Origin: Chiloscyllium plagiosum
Lineage: Eukaryota
Length of the DNA: 64,000 bases
Assembly (NCBI RefSeq): GCF_004010195.1
Contig: NC_057751.1
Span: forward strand, 14,395,784 to 14,459,783
Direction: 5' to 3'
Part shown: positions 47,940 to 61,139 of the stretch, piece after piece
Position numbering within the stretch: position 1 is the first letter of the stretch
Layout: each line of letters opens with the position of its first letter
Made by a program: the position numbers and the translations under genes
Notes under the pieces: generated by a model
Seen by the model: only the letters and a program-made list of their open reading frames with translations
Told to the model about the DNA's origin: nothing
Databases searched by the model: none

Positions 47940-48270
47940 AGAATCCCTACAGTGTGGAAGCAGGCCATTCAGCCCATCCTGGTCCTCCAAAAAGCTTCCC
48001 ACCCAGACTCACCCTCCCCTTGTAACCCTGCATTTCTCCAGGGCTAATCCATCTAGCCTGCGCACTATGGGGCAATTCAGCATGGTCAATCCACCCGAAC
48101 CTGCACATCCTTGGATTGTGGGAGGAAACCGGATGACCCAGAGGGGATGCGCACAGACACCGGGGGGGGAAGAACGTACAGGCTCCACACAGACAGTCAC
48201 CCAAGGCTGGAATCGAACCTGGGTCCCTGGCGCTGTGAGGCAGCAGTGCTAACCACTGAGCCACCGTGCT
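47940..48270 (-). mobile_element. HE1-type SINE between the two candidate poly(A) signals
   Basis: GGCGCTGTGAGGCAGCAGTGCTAACCACTGAGCCACCGTGC. Confidence 0.9.
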
Positions 48271-48649
48271 GTGACAATAACAATGTTCACAAAAGGTGAT
48301 ATTTCAATGAGACGTTAGGTGGGCAGCTTTTAAATAAGTGCCCTGAAGAACACGCATCTTTTTTTCCTCTCCTGTGAAAATGCATTATCTCTCGCAAATC
48401 ATAATTTTGCTTTGCTTTTGCTCCTGGTGTTTGGTACAAGGTACACCACAAGGTACTCTGTAAAAATGCTTTGTTGTAAACCAATTCCACAGCAAGCCCA
48501 CCTGGAGCACCAACAGCTTACGCGGGGCGTCGACAGTGCAGTTATGGTTAAAGTGAAAGGGTCTGTGCAGTTCTGTGTATTGTATGTTGCACCACCGTCT
48601 CAGTAACCACAGGCTGCTGTGGTAACATTACAACACTTGGCAGTAATTG

Positions 48650-48655
48650 AATAAA
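48650..48655 (+). terminator. Candidate distal poly(A) signal AATAAA of dematin
   Basis: AATAAA with upstream TGTA elements (about 48576-48584) and GT/T-rich downstream sequence. Confidence 0.45.
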
Positions 48656-48913
48656 CCTGTAACATGGCCTTCTCAATAGAACGTCTGTCCTTGTTACACA
48701 TGTGGTATCAATTTATACAGCACGGAAACTCTCAACCAAGATTACAAAGTGTTGGAAATAATCAGGAGCTAGGCAAACGTTAGGAGTGGAGTTTGATAAT
48801 GGTTTTCCAGGAATCATTTTCTTTCCCTCATTTGCTTATTCTTTCTCACTTCTTGTCTCTGTCATGATCCTTCGCTTTCTCCCTCTTCTTCACTGACTCA
48901 CAGTTCCCCCCTT

Positions 48914-48949
<36 letters not shown>

Positions 48950-49002
48950 TCCCCCCTCGCTCTCATCATATTCAACACAGAGGTCACCAATCAGCCCATT
49001 AT

Positions 49003-49215
49003 TAGAGTGGTGCTGGAAAAGCACAGCAGGGTCAGGCAGCATCTGAAGAGCAGGAAAATCGACGTTTCGGGCAGGAGCCCTTCATTAGGAAGGGCTTTTG
49101 CCTGAAACGTCGATTTTCCTACTCCTTGGATGCTGCCTGACTCTGCTGTGTTTTTCCAGCACCATTCTCATCTTGACTCTAATCTCCAGCATCTGCAGTA
49201 CTCATTTTTGCCTAT
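49003..49215. mobile_element. Fold-back family-A element with two opposed degenerate hammerhead motifs and a 12-bp TSD
   Basis: TCAGCCCATTAT at 48991-49002 and 49216-49227; ...GACGTTTCGGGCAGGAGCCCTTCATTAGGAAGGGCTTTTGCCTGAAACGTC... Confidence 0.85.
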
Positions 49216-50079
49216 TCAGCCCATTATATCCAGGCCAGCTCTCTGTACAACAATCCCAGTCAGTCACATTCCCTCATGCTCTCTCTCTCTCTCTTTCCCC
49301 GCGGCCCTCTGAGTTTATTTCCCGCAATCTAGTTTCCTTTCGGATATTCATTCAGCATTTTACCCTCATTGGCAGAAAGCTACAGCTCATTCCCATTCTC
49401 TGGGGGAAAAACAACCCACCCTCATATTCCCCCGTACTCCCTGTTTTCTCTCTTTCTCACATCTGCTGCAGGTTTTTGGAACTTTACAATTTTTATCATA
49501 TATTAGTGAATATTAGACATGAACATGAATCACAGGCACTACTGTGCTGCAAGTGTGGGCAAACTGCTATGGATCAATTCAATAGCAACAGAAAGGGGTG
49601 TCTGATGAAAGGAGGTATGTTTAAGGGCATCAGGTAAGATAGGGTGCTGGGTGGGTTGGGTTTAGCAAGGCAAGAAATTATGATTCCACACCCTCGAAAC
49701 AACGTTGTCCACTGATGGTTATTGTCCGACCTCTACATTAAAACAATCCCGCTGTTTACATTTAATTGAGTGGTTGCAAAGTCTCAATGTTGTCCTGAGA
49801 GTCTGTAGCGTACATGAACGGAGCCATCAATCTCCCTGAGGTGTACAGCAAGGAGGAGGAACCAATCAGTGCTTTCAGCAACACTTTGCAGAAACTGAAT
49901 CGGTGAGGTGCAGGATGCACTCAACACCTACTCTGTTGATATCACGCCTTTAAGGTGGCAAAAGGTGATTTCACAGGGCAGTGAACAAGCAAAGGCTGGC
50001 ACTGAGGTGCACAAGGAGGTGCTATAATCATAATGTTGGTCAGAGAGGTAGGTCTGAAGGAGCACCTTATTGGAGGAGG

Positions 50080-50340
50080 AAGAGAGAGAGAGAGAGGGAG
50101 AGACAGAGAGACAGAGACAGTGACAGAGACAGAGACAGTGACAGAGACAGAGACAGTGACAGTGACAGTGACAGTGACAGTGAGAGCTTCGTGCCTGGGC
50201 AGCTCATGGTGCTGCGATGGAAACCCAGATTGCTTGGGAGGCAAGAATTGGAGTGTGTGTCTGAGTGTCTGTATGTGTCTGTATGTGTTCGGGGTGTGTA
50301 CGTGTGTATATCTGTGGTGTGTGTCTGTCTGTCTGTATGT

Positions 50341-50371
<31 letters not shown>

Positions 50372-51445
50372 TGTGTATCTGTATGTGAGTGAGTGAGNNN
50401 NNNNNNNNNNNNNNNNNNNNNNNNNNNNNNNNNNNNNNNNNNNNNNNNNNNNNNNNNNNNNNNNNNNNNNNNNNNNNNNNNNNNNNNNNNNNNNNNNNNN
50501 NNNNNNNNNNNNNNNNNNNNNNNNNNNNNNNNNNNNNNNNNNNNNNNNNNNNNNNNNNNNNNNNNNNNNNNNNNNNNNNNNNNNNNNNNNNNNNNNNNNN
50601 NNNNNNNNNNNNNNNNNNNNNNNNNNNNNNNNNNNNNNNNNNNNNNNNNNNNNNNNNNNNNNNNNNNNNNNNNNNNNNNNNNNNNNNNNNNNNNNNNNNN
50701 NNNNNNNNNNNNNNNNNNNNNNNNNNNNNNNNNNNNNNNNNNNNNNNNNNNNNNNNNNNNNNNNNNNNNNNNNNNNNNNNNNNNNNNNNNNNNNNNNNNN
50801 NNNNNNNNNNNNNNNNNNNNNNNNNNNNNNNNNNNNNNNNNNNNNNNNNNNNNNNNNNNNNNNNNNNNNNNNNNNNNNNNNNNNNNNNNNNNNNNNNNNN
50901 NNNNNNNNNNNNNNNNNNNNNNNNNNNNNNNNNNNNNNNNNNNNNNNNNNNNNNNNNNNNNNNNNNNNNNNNNNNNNNNNNNNNNNNNNNNNNNNNNNNN
51001 NNNNNNNNNNNNNNNNNNNNNNNNNNNNNNNNNNNNNNNNNNNNNNNNNNNNNNNNNNNNNNNNNNNNNNNNNNNNNNNNNNNNNNNNNNNNNNNNNNNN
51101 NNNNNNNNNNNNNNNNNNNNNNNNNNNNNNNNNNNNNNNNNNNNNNNNNNNNNNNNNNNNNNNNNNNNNNNNNNNNNNNNNNNNNNNNNNNNNNNNNNNN
51201 NNNNNNNNNNNNNNNNNNNNNNNNNNNNNNNNNNNNNNNNNNNNNNNNNNNNNNNNNNNNNNNNNNNNNNNNNNNNNNNNNNNNNNNNNNNNGTGTGTGT
51301 GAGAGTGAGTGAATGTGTGTCTGTATGTGTGTGTGTAGGTGTAGTGTGTGTAAGTGAGTGAGTGTGTGTGTAAGTGAGTGTGTGTGTAGGTGTAGTATGT
51401 GTAGGTGTAATGTGTGTAAGTGAGTGTGTGTGTGTATATATACAC
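50080..51445. repeat. (GA)n, (GACAGT)n and (GT)n microsatellites flanking the assembly gap 50398-51292
   Basis: Direct reading. Confidence 0.92.
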
Positions 51446-52153
51446 ATGTGAAGACTATGAAATTGCTACAGCCTCAGGAAGGGGTGAGGCCCATAGTCGA
51501 GGCAGGGGGTTGAAAACAAGCCATGCCAACTTGCCAAGTCCATGTGCCCAGAGCCACTGTAGATCAGTGAGCACATGGGGTTGTGACAGCCAAAGTGACC
51601 TCGATAATCTCTCATCCTTGAACATACAGTCAGCAGAGCTGCTTCACATTGGGATTCAGGCCTGAAGCACACTTAACACTGATGAAGCTGTAACACGCAA
51701 TTCTGGCAATAGAGGTTCAGTCAGGTGATCAGATTACAGCCTTTAAGTGTGGCGGAGTCTGCTTTCAGCTTCTCTTTGAAGTGTTTAATTTCCAACTTTA
51801 TTGGGTCCACAGCTTCAAATGTTACAAGTATTTATCCAATGAAGCTGATTTAGATTTCACATGTGAAGGATGCTTTATTGTTTTTCTGCTACTTCAAAGG
51901 AAGTGTTTGCAAACTGCATTTGCTTTATCTCTGACCTCCCCATGTGAAACATTAATCCACTCACAAACTTTCCTCATGCCAATCACTGAATCAAGAGTCT
52001 CATGCCAAACAAGGCTTCACAGTCAGAGGGCAGCTATAGGAGAGAGAGAGAGAGAGAGCATGGGGCGGTTGGATGAGTTGGGAACTGGTACAAGATTATC
52101 AGAAAAGACCCATTAGTTTGCTATTGGTGTGGAACTATGGGCAAAGAACAAGG

Positions 52154-52864
52154 TGTTACGACACGGGGCAAACCCTCCTGCTTAATTTAAACCAGCAACA
52201 CAGAAAAAGATTTATCCCGTGCAGTAATCTGTGAAAATTCGAGAGGCCAAGAACGAGTTAAAGTAAAACTTCGCAGCTTTATTTCTGAAAGTCTAACAGA
52301 GAATAATTAACTAACAACTATTTACAACTCCTTCCTCGAACCTATCTTTTACCTTCCCTGCTATAATACTCATCCGATAAAACACCACCCCAATTAAGAT
52401 TTACCAAAAATTCAAGTTTTCAAAACCAGCCAGATATCATATCTTCTCTTCATATCTTCCTCGGTTTTCTTTTCTTCGGGATTTCTGCTTCACAGATTAC
52501 TGATCGATAAAGGCACCTTAAAGAGAACTATTTTTCAGGAGTCTCTACAGGCTGGTGGCATGGTAGTTCTCCTCCCAAGTGTTAAATTTTCCCCAGTTTT
52601 ATACCCCCAAAGCATTGGATTGTATCATTGGCTTTTGCGATTATCAATATACTCAAATCAAACTGGATTGGACTTTGGTCTTTTTGAGGGATAATTTAAA
52701 CTGACTGGCCTAATTCGAATCTGTTTTTGTCTCCAGGCAACCAGCTCCCCCCAGTAGCTGAAACATATGTTACATTGTATCTTATTCAGAACACTTGGTT
52801 CTGTCAGATTGTTCTGCTAGCTTTAACTCTCTTAACGGTGCAGTATACCCACATCTTCATAACA
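52154..52864 (-). mobile_element. Solo-LTR-like element (about 710 bp)
   Basis: TGTTA...TAACA inverted termini; minus-strand AATAAA (TTTATT at about 52278) and TATA-like TTTTATA at about 52597; no clean TSD. Confidence 0.55.
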
Positions 52865-53434
52865 AAAGCAGTGGGATTAGTTTGGGATTGATACAGAATA
52901 GAGGGAGACTGGGAACGGTGTGATTCATTTAGGACTGATACAGAGTTACGGGGAGAGGGGAGGAGACCATCAGTGTGGGATTGATGCAATTAAAAGGGTC
53001 TTGGGTAGTATACAGCACGGAAACAAACCCAGTCCACGCTGACCATAATCCCAATCTGATCCAGTCCCATGAGACTGCTCCTAACCCACATCCCTCCCAA
53101 CCTTTCCTTTTAATTGGACCCACATCCATCACTTCCTCAGGAAGTTCATTCCCGCAGGACAGAGAGACCTCAGGGTGCAGGTACATAATTCCTTGAACTT
53201 TGCATCACATGGAGAGAGAGTGGTTAAGAAGGTGTTCAGCCCACTTGCCTTCATTGCTCAGACCTTTGAGTACTGGAGTTGGGACGTCACGTTGAGGTTG
53301 TACAGGGCTCTTCTGGGATACCGTGTGCAGTTCTGGTTGCCCTGTTAGAGGAAGGATATTATTAAATTGGAGAGAGTTCAGTAAGTGATTTACCAGGATG
53401 TTGCAAGGAATGGAGGGTTTGAGTTTTTTTATTG

Positions 53435-53797
53435 ATTAGATTTCCCGACAGTATGGAAACAGGCCCTTCGGCCCAAACAGTCCATACCGACCCACCGAAG
53501 AGTAACCCACCCAGACCCATCTCCCTCTGACTAATGCACCTAACACTATGGGTAATTTAGCACGGGCAATCCACCCCAACCTGCACATACCTGAACACGA
53601 AGGGTAATTTAGCATGGCCAATCCACCCTGACCTGCACATCTTTGGACTGTGGGAGGAAACTGGAGCACCCGGAGCAAACCCACGCAGACATGGGGAGAA
53701 TGTGCAAACTCCACACAGACAGTCGCTCGAGGCTGGAATCGAACCTGGCACCCTGATGCTGTGAGGCAGCAGTGCTAACCACTGAGCCACCGTGCCA
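53435..53797 (-). mobile_element. HE1-type SINE inserted into a + strand CR1 fragment (about 53160-54210)
   Basis: SINE head/tail motifs; CR1 sequence continues on both sides. Confidence 0.9.
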
Positions 53798-55334
53798 CCC
53801 TGTTATCAGAAGCGATGAGATAGGCTGGGACTTTTTTCTCCAGGTTCAGGAGTGGCCTTCTCAAGGTTTTCCAATCATGAGTTGTATAGATAAGATGAAT
53901 AGCAGGTGTCTTTTTCCAAGGGCGGTGAATTTCAAGACTAGGGGACATATTTTTAAGGTAAGAGACTTAAAAAAAGACATGATGGGTCATTGTTTTTACA
54001 CAGGGTGAACAGTGTCTGAAATGAACTTCGAAAGGAAGTGGTGGATAGGGGTACAATTACAATGTTTAACAGACATTTGGATAAGTACATGAATAAGAAA
54101 TGTTTGGAGGGATATGGGCCAAGCGCAGGCAGGTAAGACTAGTTGAGTTTGGGATTATGGTTGGCATGGATTGGTTGAACCAATGGGTCTGTTTCCGTGT
54201 GGTATGACTCGAAGATACAAGGTTACGGGCAGAGTGGAGGATGCTGAGATGAGTTTTGGGTTGGTTTCAGAGCTGTGGAGAGAGTGGGGCAGGAGGATTG
54301 GTTTGGGATTGATAACCAAATGGGGGAGAGATGAGGACAACGGAGTTGGTCAAAGACTTTGGAGAAGGGGTGGGGCAGAGGGACTGATTTAAGAATGATA
54401 CAGAGGTCTGGAAAAAGAATGAGGCAAGGGAATTTGTACAAGACTTTGGTGAGAGAGTGTGGGATCAGCTTGGGGATGAGATCAATGCCTTCCCACGTTG
54501 TAAACTAGTTTTGTTCTTTCCTGGCTCCTTCAGCACAGTCTGATGGAGAATATATTTTTTAATAAACTGCTAACACCAACTTTTGAAGAACTGTGCATGG
54601 TTGAAAATAATCCAGAAGCAGCAGAGGAATACATATTTCCCGTTAAGGTCAGTGATCATTTGAGAAGTAGCAGTAAAAGACAGACAATTCAGAGAAATCT
54701 TGATAACAGTGAAGTGATGAGGAAGATAGGACACATGTCTGACTGTAAATTTATCCAGACTGCATATTTGATTTATGTTGGCGTTAAATCTAATTTAAGA
54801 ATCAGTTCGGAAATTCTGATGAAGGAACTGTTCTGGCAATCTACTGATTGCTCAGAGTGTAATATGGATATTTTTTCTAAATGTTCTCCCAATGAAATAC
54901 AGCACCAGAAGGGATGAAGGATGCAAGGCATCTTGTTGGGATGAAACTTGTGTGAATATCACATAGTATGCACAGTGCAGAAATCAGCAAACCCTCTCCC
55001 TGGTCTGCTCCATCCAGTTGAAATGAATTGAGGATCAATGGTTGTCCATTGATCAGAGTCAGAGAGGGCGACAGCATTGAAACAGGCCCCATGGCCCGAT
55101 TTGCCCATGCAAGTCATTTTAGGCGACTCCAACTGTACCATGTACATCATGAACTGTTTGTTCCTTCCCCAACTTAATTTATCAAAGGATTCTCTTTAGC
55201 TCTGCTTCCACTCACGTGCACACATCATTCCCCGAATGGCATTTTCCTTTTTCTTTCTTTCAAGTGACACAGGCATCAGCAAGGCCAACTATTGCTGCCC
55301 ATTCTAATTGCCCAACTCGAGAGTGCTGGATGTT

Positions 55335-56530
55335 AGCGAGGTTTGAGAAGGTTTGTAGCTCAGGTTGAGGTTCTGGATGGAGGTTTGCTCACAGAGCTGG
55401 AAGGTTCATTTTCAGACGTTTTGTCACCATATGAGGTAACATCTTCAGTGAGCCCCCAAATGAAGTGGTGTAGCCTGCTTTCTATTTATATGCTTGAGTT
55501 TCCTTGGGTTAATGATGTCATCTCCTGTGGTGACATCATTTCCTATGGTGATGTCATTTCCTATTCTTTTTCTCAGGTGGTGGTAAATGGGATCCATGTC
55601 AATGTGATAGAGTTCCCGTTGGAATGCCATGCTTCTAGGAATTCTTGTATGTGTCTCTGTTTGGCTTGTCCTGGGATGGATGTGTTGTCCCAGTCAAAGT
55701 GGTGTCCTTCCTCATTGGCACGTAAGGATACTAGTGAGAGTGGATCATGTCGTTTGTGGCTAATTGATGATCATGTATCCTGGTGGCTCGTTTTCTGCAT
55801 GTTTGTCCAATGTAGTGTTTGTTACAGTCCTTGCACGGTATTTTGTAAATGCCATTAGTTTTGCTTGTTGTCTGTACAGGGTCTTTCAAGTTCATGAGCT
55901 GCTGTTTTCGTGTGTTGGTGGGTTTGTGGGCTCCCATGATGCCAAGGGGTCTGACTAGTCTGCCAGTCATTTCAGAGATGTCTTTGATGTAGGGGAGAGT
56001 GGCGAGGGTTTATGGACGTGTTTTGTCTGCTTGTTTGGGTTTTTTTTTAGATTAGATTAGATTACTTACAGTGTGGAAACAGGCCCTTCGGCCCAACAAG
56101 TCCACACCGACCCGCCGACCCGCCGAAGCGCAACCCACCCAGACCCATTCCCCTACACCTAACACTACGGGCAATTTAGCATGGCCAATTCACCTGACCT
56201 GCACATTTTTGGACTGTGGGAGGAAACCGGAGCACCCGGAGGAAACCCACGCAGACACAGGGAGAATGTGCAAACTCCACACAGTCAGTCACCCGAGGCG
56301 GGAATTGAACCTGGGTCTCTGGCGCTGTGAGGCAGCAGTGCTAACTACTGTGCCACTGTGCCGCCCCGGTTTGTTGCTGGGAAATCGGAGGACTGTGTTC
56401 ATTGGGGACCCGTTCTTTTTGCTTACATCGTCTCGGTGATTTTCCTCTGCTCTGCGTAATTCCTCTGTGCTGCAGTGTGAGCTGTCTTCTTGAATTCTAA
56501 TTCATTGTGTAGTAGTTTGGATACTTTGAC
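55335..56530 (-). mobile_element. Penelope-like element (family B): GIY-YIG endonuclease remnant + pLTR with a mutated hammerhead (55412-55451); HE1 nested at 56048-56368
   Basis: Minus-strand TNGIYKIPCKDCNKHYIGQTCRKRATRIHDHQLA; CTGAAGATGTTACC...GGTGACAAAACGTC (G12 changed to A). Confidence 0.9.
56048..56368 (-). mobile_element. Young full-length HE1-type SINE
   Basis: (AGATT)n tail; GGTTT on both flanks. Confidence 0.93.
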
Positions 56531-57519
56531 AAACCTGCCTCCACCACACCTTGTTGGACAAAGGGATGTTCTTGGGGGGGACAAAGTGAAGCAAAAGAGT
56601 CCTAACATTCTCTGCAACTGTAACACCGCGCATTACCAGTTGATCAGTCAACAAGATTAAGGGGTGACCTGACTGAGTTATGTAACATGATGAACTGATT
56701 CAACAAAGCATGCAGTGAGAAACAATTAAGGGCAAGGCAGTCCATGATGAGGAGAGCACATCCTCAAAATTAGAGTTCAGATACTAGGTTTCGTCAGACA
56801 AAGTATTGTGGCAGTCCCTTCCCAAATTCCTGATGAACTTCAGAGGGTTGGTTGGGCCGAAGGGCCTGTTTCCACAGTGTAGGGAATCTAATCTAATCAT
56901 TTAATACTCTTTTCTGTGTAACAACGACTCAGTTTGGGAATTTTTCATTTGACCTCCAGCAAACAGCAGTGTTTGGGACCTTGCCTCCGCCCCCCCCCCC
57001 ACAAAGAACATCCCTCTGCCCAACAAGGTGTGATCCTTCACCATCAGACTTGCAAGCATCAACGTTTAACAGAACTGCCTAACAGTGTGGCGGAGGCAGG
57101 TTTGTCAAAGTGTTCAAGATGGAACGAGACCCTGATTTGAAAAGGAAGACTACGTACAGTTACAGGGAAGAAGGCACCAGGTGAATTTCTCATTCGGAGA
57201 ATTGATGGGCTGAACAGTCTCATTCTGCTGCGTAACAATTCTGAGGTTGTCCAGTATGATGCTTGGTGTGTGACCCTGGACCCAACTTGACCCGGAAGAA
57301 GTTGATTATTGTGAGTGACTGGTCTCAGTGAGCTCCCGCACTGAACGCCATTCCCATTTTTACTTCTATCCCACTGACCAGAACATCCAGCACTAATCCT
57401 AGACAGGTTGACGATGGAGTGGAAATCACACTGGCCTCAGTAATGGCGACCTGCTGTGCTTCCCCAGCACCACGCTCTAATCTTGACTCCAATCTTCAGC
57501 ATCTGCAGTCCTCACTTTC

Positions 57520-60500
57520 GCCACTTCGACAGAAAAGTCAGCTTAAAAGGATGGAGATGAAGGCTGAAGGTAAACATAGTGAGGAAGGGAGTGAAGGCGA
57601 GCAAAGATATCGTCAGCAGGGGCCAAGTGAGAATCTGTTTAAATATATTGCCTAAATTTGATGGGAAGGATATAGAAGCCTTTTCTCGTCTCAGTTGAGA
57701 AGGTGGTTAAACAAATGCAGTGGCCAGTGACCATGTGGGTTTTGTTGATCCAAACAAAACTTGTAAAGTTAGTGAGGTATTTGCATCCCAATCAGAGGAG
57801 GTATCTGGGGCATGTGAGGAGGTGAGGAAAGTCATTTTCAGTGCATCTGAGCTTGTACCAGAAGCCGACAGATAGCGTTTCAGGAATCTAAGGTGGGACC
57901 CTGATCAAACCGACACTGAGTTTGAAAGGATCAATCAAAGTAAGTTTGAGAGGTGGATAAGGGCATTAAAAATAGTGCAAACCTCTGACGCTCTTCAATG
58001 ATTATTTTGGAGGAGTTCAGAAATTCACTTCCTGAGGTAGTGAGAACTCATGTGGAAGAGGAGAGAGTTAAAACAGTGAGGTTAGCAGCTCCCAAATTCA
58101 ATTTCAATCCGTGAGAGATCGAAATTGGGGCAAAGAGAAATCCTCATGTGGAAAGGGAAAGGTAGATCTCGGTGAAATCATCAGGATAGTGTAGCGCAGG
58201 GTTAAAAAGGAAACCCTTGAAGGGAAAAGAAAAGTTAAAAAGCTCTGGTGTTTTCACTGCAATAAAGTAGGCCACATGAAATCACGGTGTTGATGGGTTA
58301 GGAAAAGCACTGGGAAAATACAGAAACATTTTTACTGCCCTGGACCGCATAAGGATGTAGTTGAATTTTGCCAGACATGTCATACATGTCAGGTAATTGG
58401 AAAACCACAGGCAGTCAGACCTAATCCTGCATTTGACGATCCTTTTACAAGAGTCTTAAATGATCACATAGGACCCCAACCTAAAACAAAAAGTAGGAAT
58501 CAAAAACTCGCAATTTTGCTTTCAGAGATAAGGTGTTTGTGTAAATTCCAGTGATAGGTGAACCTTTTGGAATTAACACAAACACCTTACCTCCGATAGC
58601 AAAACTGCGAGTTTTTGATTTCTTGACTGCTTCTGGAATCATTGTATTTTGTGGTACTTTTAAATGCTGTCCAGCCAACTCCCCCTCTCGATTTAATCAT
58701 CCCCTAAAATTTGACACATCGTCCAAATACGTGGTCTCTGAATTCTGACTTACCCATTTCTCCCTTACCAATTTTAACGGTCTACTCACTTCCTGCCCAA
58801 AAACTAATTCAAATGGACTGAATTTGGTCGATTCATTTGGTGCATCTCTGATGGCAAAAAGTACAACCGGAACTCCTTTATCCTGGATAGTCTTGACGAT
58901 AAGCCCTCAACATGGTCTCTAATGTCTGATGCCATGTTTCTAGCACTTTCTGTGACTCTCATTTGGAGATGCCAGTGTTGAACTGGGGTGTACAAAATTA
59001 AAACTCACACAACACCAGGTTATAGTCCAACAGGTTGTGTGACTGTGGATGAGACGCAGTAGATGGGAAATGTTTTATTCCTAAACTGTCCATAACTTCC
59101 TTGAATAATTTTGATGTGAAGATTGACCTCTGTGGGTAGTCTGTATCTGGTGAAAAACGTGAGTAACTTCTCCCCAATCTTTATACCGGTGATATTCTGT
59201 AACAGAATGGGCTCTGGAAATCCAGTGGACGCATCCATTATTGTTATGATTCCCTACTTTTTGTTTTAGGTGGGGGTCCGACACAATCATTTAAGACTCT
59301 TGTAAAAGGTTCGTCACATGCAGGATTAGGTATTGCTGCCTATGGTTGTCCAATTACTTAACACCTTATCAAGTCAAAAGGAGATTGAGTGAGGTGAACT
59401 GTTTGATAAGGATTCCAGACAGAAGGAAATCTCACAGAGTGCGTCATGTGAATATTCTCAAAAGGTATTTTGACAGGGAAGGAAAGCCGAAGGAGACTGT
59501 GTTACTGGTTGCAACACAGAGGGCAGAACCAAGTTCAGAGGATTCTGAATTGGACATTCCTCAAATTAAATTGGACAATCAGGAAGTTGTCAAAAAATAG
59601 GATAAATCATTGAGTTACCATCTACAGGAGGTATCGCATGGGGAAATACGTGGAAATAGACTGGGAAGTACTAACCTAATTATCTGTGATGTCGAGATAG
59701 GAGATGCTGTCCTGATTAAGCAACATCATTATTGGCTGAACCCCTAAAGTTGGCAGAGGTTCAAAAGGAGATTGAACGCGTGCTCCAAGGTGACATAATC
59801 AAAGTGAGTCACAGTGACTGGAGCTCACCCATAGTAATGGTGCCAAAACCAGATTGTACCCAACGGTTCTGTGTGGATGATCACAAAGTCAATGCATATC
59901 TGATTCTGCATTTCGAAGACTGTGTTAAAAAAGTGGGACAAGCAATTTCTAAGTTTGACTCGCTCAGAGGACACTGGAAGGTACCTTTGTCCGAAAGAGT
60001 GAAGAGAATTTCAGCTTTTCTAACGCTGAATGGACTGTATCAGTTTAAAGTCACAGCATTTGGTATGAAAAATGTACCAGCCACATTTCAGAGACTAACC
60101 AATAAGGTCATTGTCAGATTACCCAATCGTGTTGTATATATGAATGGCCTGGTGTTTTTTTAGTCACACATAGAAGTTGCATTTGCAACATTCATCAAAC
60201 TTGTTGCATCGACTTCGGGAGGCACGTTTGGTGATAAACCTGGTGAAAGGTGAATTTGCTAAAGCTCAAGTCATAGAGATGTACAGCATGGAAACAGGCC
60301 CTTCGGTCCAACCTGTCCATGCTGACCAGATATCCCAACCCAATCTCGTCCCACCTGCCAGCACCCGACCCATATCCCTCCAAACCCTTCCTATTCACAT
60401 ACCCATCCATATCCATGCCCCTCATGATTTTATAAACCTCTATAAGGTCACCCCCTCAGCCTCCGACGCTCCAGGAAAAACAGCCCCAAGCCCGTTCAGC

Positions 60501-61022
60501 CTCTCCCAATAGCTCAAATCCTCCAGCCCTGGCAACATCCTTGGAAATCTTTTCTGAGCCCTTTCAAATTTTGCAACATCTTTCTGATCCCTTCCTGGGC
60601 CATGTTATTGGACATGGACAAATGGCCTCATGGAACGTAAAAACGTAAAAGGTTATTGGGGAGTTTCCCACACCATCGACAAAAACAACAGTACTACGGC
60701 TCCTGGGATTGAGTGGACTTGATCAGAAATTCGGAAAAAAATTTTAGCAGTGAGTCTGCTCCACTCACTGAATTACAAAATAAAGGCAAGAGGTTTCAGT
60801 GGACGGCAGATTGTCAGAAGGCATTTGACAGCCTGAAAGCTGTGTAAACCACTGCCCCAGTATTAGCCACACCTAATCACTATGGCTGTCAATGTGAGTG
60901 ATGGAGGTGTCAGTGCTGTGCTCTTACACGAAGACGGTGAGAAGACAGAAAGACCTATCGGGTATTTCTCCAGGAAACTGAAAATTCATCAACAGATATA
61001 TTCAACAGTTGAGAAGGAGACT
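57520..61022 (+). mobile_element. Decayed Gypsy LTR-retrotransposon internal region, Gmr1-type order (gag, integrase, RT, RNase H)
   Basis: Zinc knuckle CFHCNKVGHMKSRC (about 58250); integrase Zn region DVVEFCQTCHTCQ (about 58355); RT WSSPIVMVPKPD...FGMKNVPATFQRL (59732-60163); RNase H PIGYFSRKL...YSTVEKE (60882-61022). Confidence 0.9.
60270..60588 (-). mobile_element. Young CR1-type 3' fragment inserted in the Gypsy RT
   Basis: Interrupts the KAQV|FLGH motif; near-identical to 63670-63948. Confidence 0.9.
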
Positions 61023-61139
61023 TGGAGGCGGAGAGGTCCTCCCTCTACAAGTCTTGAAGCAGCTCTCTTCCTCCCTCTACAAGTAATCATCTTGCAAGGA
61101 TGCCTTCCATGAAGAAGCTCTCTTTCTCCCTCAACAAGT

